Origin: Paraspadella gotoi
Lineage: Eukaryota; Animalia; Chaetognatha
NCBI GenBank assembly: GCA_051294375.1
Contig: CM119268.1
Coordinates: 18,046,066 to 18,110,065 of the forward strand
Direction of reading: 5' to 3'
Length of the DNA stretch: 64,000 nt
Below the pieces are notes generated by a model. That model was given only the letters and a program-made list of their open reading frames with translations. It was not told the origin of the DNA and did not search any database. A program made the translations under genes and the position numbers. Below are positions 62,522 to 64,000 of this stretch, one piece after another (position 1 is the stretch's first letter; each line of letters opens with the position of its first letter).

Positions 62522-63329
62522 NNNNNNNNNNNNNNNNNNNNNNNNNNNNNNNNNNNNNNNNNNNNNNNNNNNNNNNNNNNNNNNNNNNNNNNNNNNNNNN
62601 NNNNNNNNNNNNNNNNNNNNNNNNNNNNNNNNNNNNNNNNNNNNNNNNNNNNNNNNNNNNNNNNNNNNNNNNNNNNNNNNNNNNNNNNNNNNNNNNNNNN
62701 NNNNNNNNNNNNNNNNNNNNNNNNNNNNNNNNNNNNNNNNNNNNNNNNNNNNNNNNNNNNNNNNNNNNNNNNNNNNNNNNNNNNNNNNNNNNNNNNNNNN
62801 NNNNNNNNNNNNNNNNNNNNNNNNNNNNNNNNNNNNNNNNNNNNNNNNNNNNNNNNNNNNNNNNNNNNNNNNNNNNNNNNNNNNNNNNNNNNNNNNNNNN
62901 NNNNNNNNNNNNNNNNNNNNNNNNNNNNNNNNNNNNNNNNNNNNNNNNNNNNNNNNNNNNNNNNNNNNNNNNNNNNNNNNNNNNNNNNNNNNNNNNNNNN
63001 NNNNNNNNNNNNNNNNNNNNNNNNNNNNNNNNNNNNNNNNNNNNNNNNNNNNNNNNNNNNNNNNNNNNNNNNNNNNNNNNNNNNNNNNNNNNNNNNNNNN
63101 NNNNNNNNNNNNNNNNNNNNNNNNNNNNNNNNNNNNNNNNNNNNNNNNNNNNNNNNNNNNNNNNNNNNNNNNNNNNNNNNNNNNNNNNNNNNNNNNNNNN
63201 NNNNNNNNNNNNNNNNNNNNNNNNNNNNNNNNNNNNNNNNNNNNNNNNNNNNNNNNNNNNNNNNNNNNNNNNNNNNNNNNNNNNNNNNNNNNNNNNNNNN
63301 NNNNNNNNNNNNNNNNNNNNNNNNNNNNC
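62522..63329. other. Assembly gap (others at 2037-2356, 17607-17631, 52609-52839, 53592-53851 and several short ones)
   Basis: Runs of N. Confidence 1.
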
Positions 63330-64000
63330 CGCCGCCGCCGCTGCCGCTGCCACCGCCGCGCTGCCGACGACGACAACAATGACGACGGCGATGTTCCATA
63401 GAATCCCTGACGGGATAAGTGTTTTGTTGTCAAAGGGATTTTTACGCGAGTGGTGAGTACGACGACGATGAAGACGACGACGACGATGAAGATGAAGATT
63501 ACGAGGAGAACAGTGACCATGATGGACGCCATAAAAAGCTATTAAGATAATGAAGACGACAACGACGACAACAGATATGGAAAAAAACATTTAATATACC
63601 TATTACATCCGTGTTCGATCGAACTATATCCGGGATCGATCTTTTTAAGTTGCGCCTTAAAAATTCGAAATGCGACGATAATTTTTTTGACTGTTTAAGC
63701 TTTTTACAAAAATGGTACTACAAATTTAGAATTATCCATTCATTCAATCAAAAGCTATCTTCACCCTCACTCTGGACAGGCTTTGGTGAGGTAAGGCCTG
63801 GTTTTGGAAAAGTAAGGGTCAAAGGAGATTACGTACGTATTGGGATAAACTAACGTTGATGGTGTTGAAGATTTTAAAAGACCATTGGTGGAAATTAGGT
63901 CAGCGGAGTTTTTTTGTTGTTGTCATTTTTATTTGTTGTTGTTATCTCCGACGAACGCAAAACAGAAAAAAAATCACGCGGGACAAAGAGAAAAGTGATA

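Noticed and set aside
62387-63590. 300-380 aa ORFs
   Set aside because: Artefacts of translation through an ~800-N gap; the same applies to the ORFs spanning the gaps at 2037, 52609 and 53592.

Overview
Draft-assembly window from an invertebrate animal genome: AT-rich GT-AG introns, CpG-rich exons, abundant (GA)n/(GAC)n microsatellites and several N gaps. Most ORF-track entries are low-complexity noise, and the real genes appear only after manual splicing with phase checks. Genes found: (1) the 3' seven exons of a putative GPI-anchored Thr-stalk surface protein (1174-4524, +); (2) a 5x C2HC zinc-finger gene combining ZNF474-like and ZC2HC1C-like modules (23304-31692, +); (3) a 13-exon type-I membrane protein with two LolA/ependymin-like repeats (32112-43771, +); (4) a BCAR3/SH2D3-family SH2-RasGEF-like adaptor (44556-50222, -). 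The 6.5-kb intron 3 of gene (3) holds three complete nested genes: a toxin-like 2xShKT prepropeptide (-), a sigma-class GST (+) and a triple knottin polyprotein resembling carboxypeptidase inhibitors (+). It also holds a hammerhead-ribozyme motif. Also present: a Penelope-like GIY-YIG remnant with a related hammerhead, a 611-bp foldback MITE with an 8-bp TSD, an RFX X-box/CCAAT cluster, and two gap-flanking duplications (about 7 kb and 2.4 kb) that look like long-read gap-filling artefacts. Family assignments come from motif recognition only; no database searches were run.
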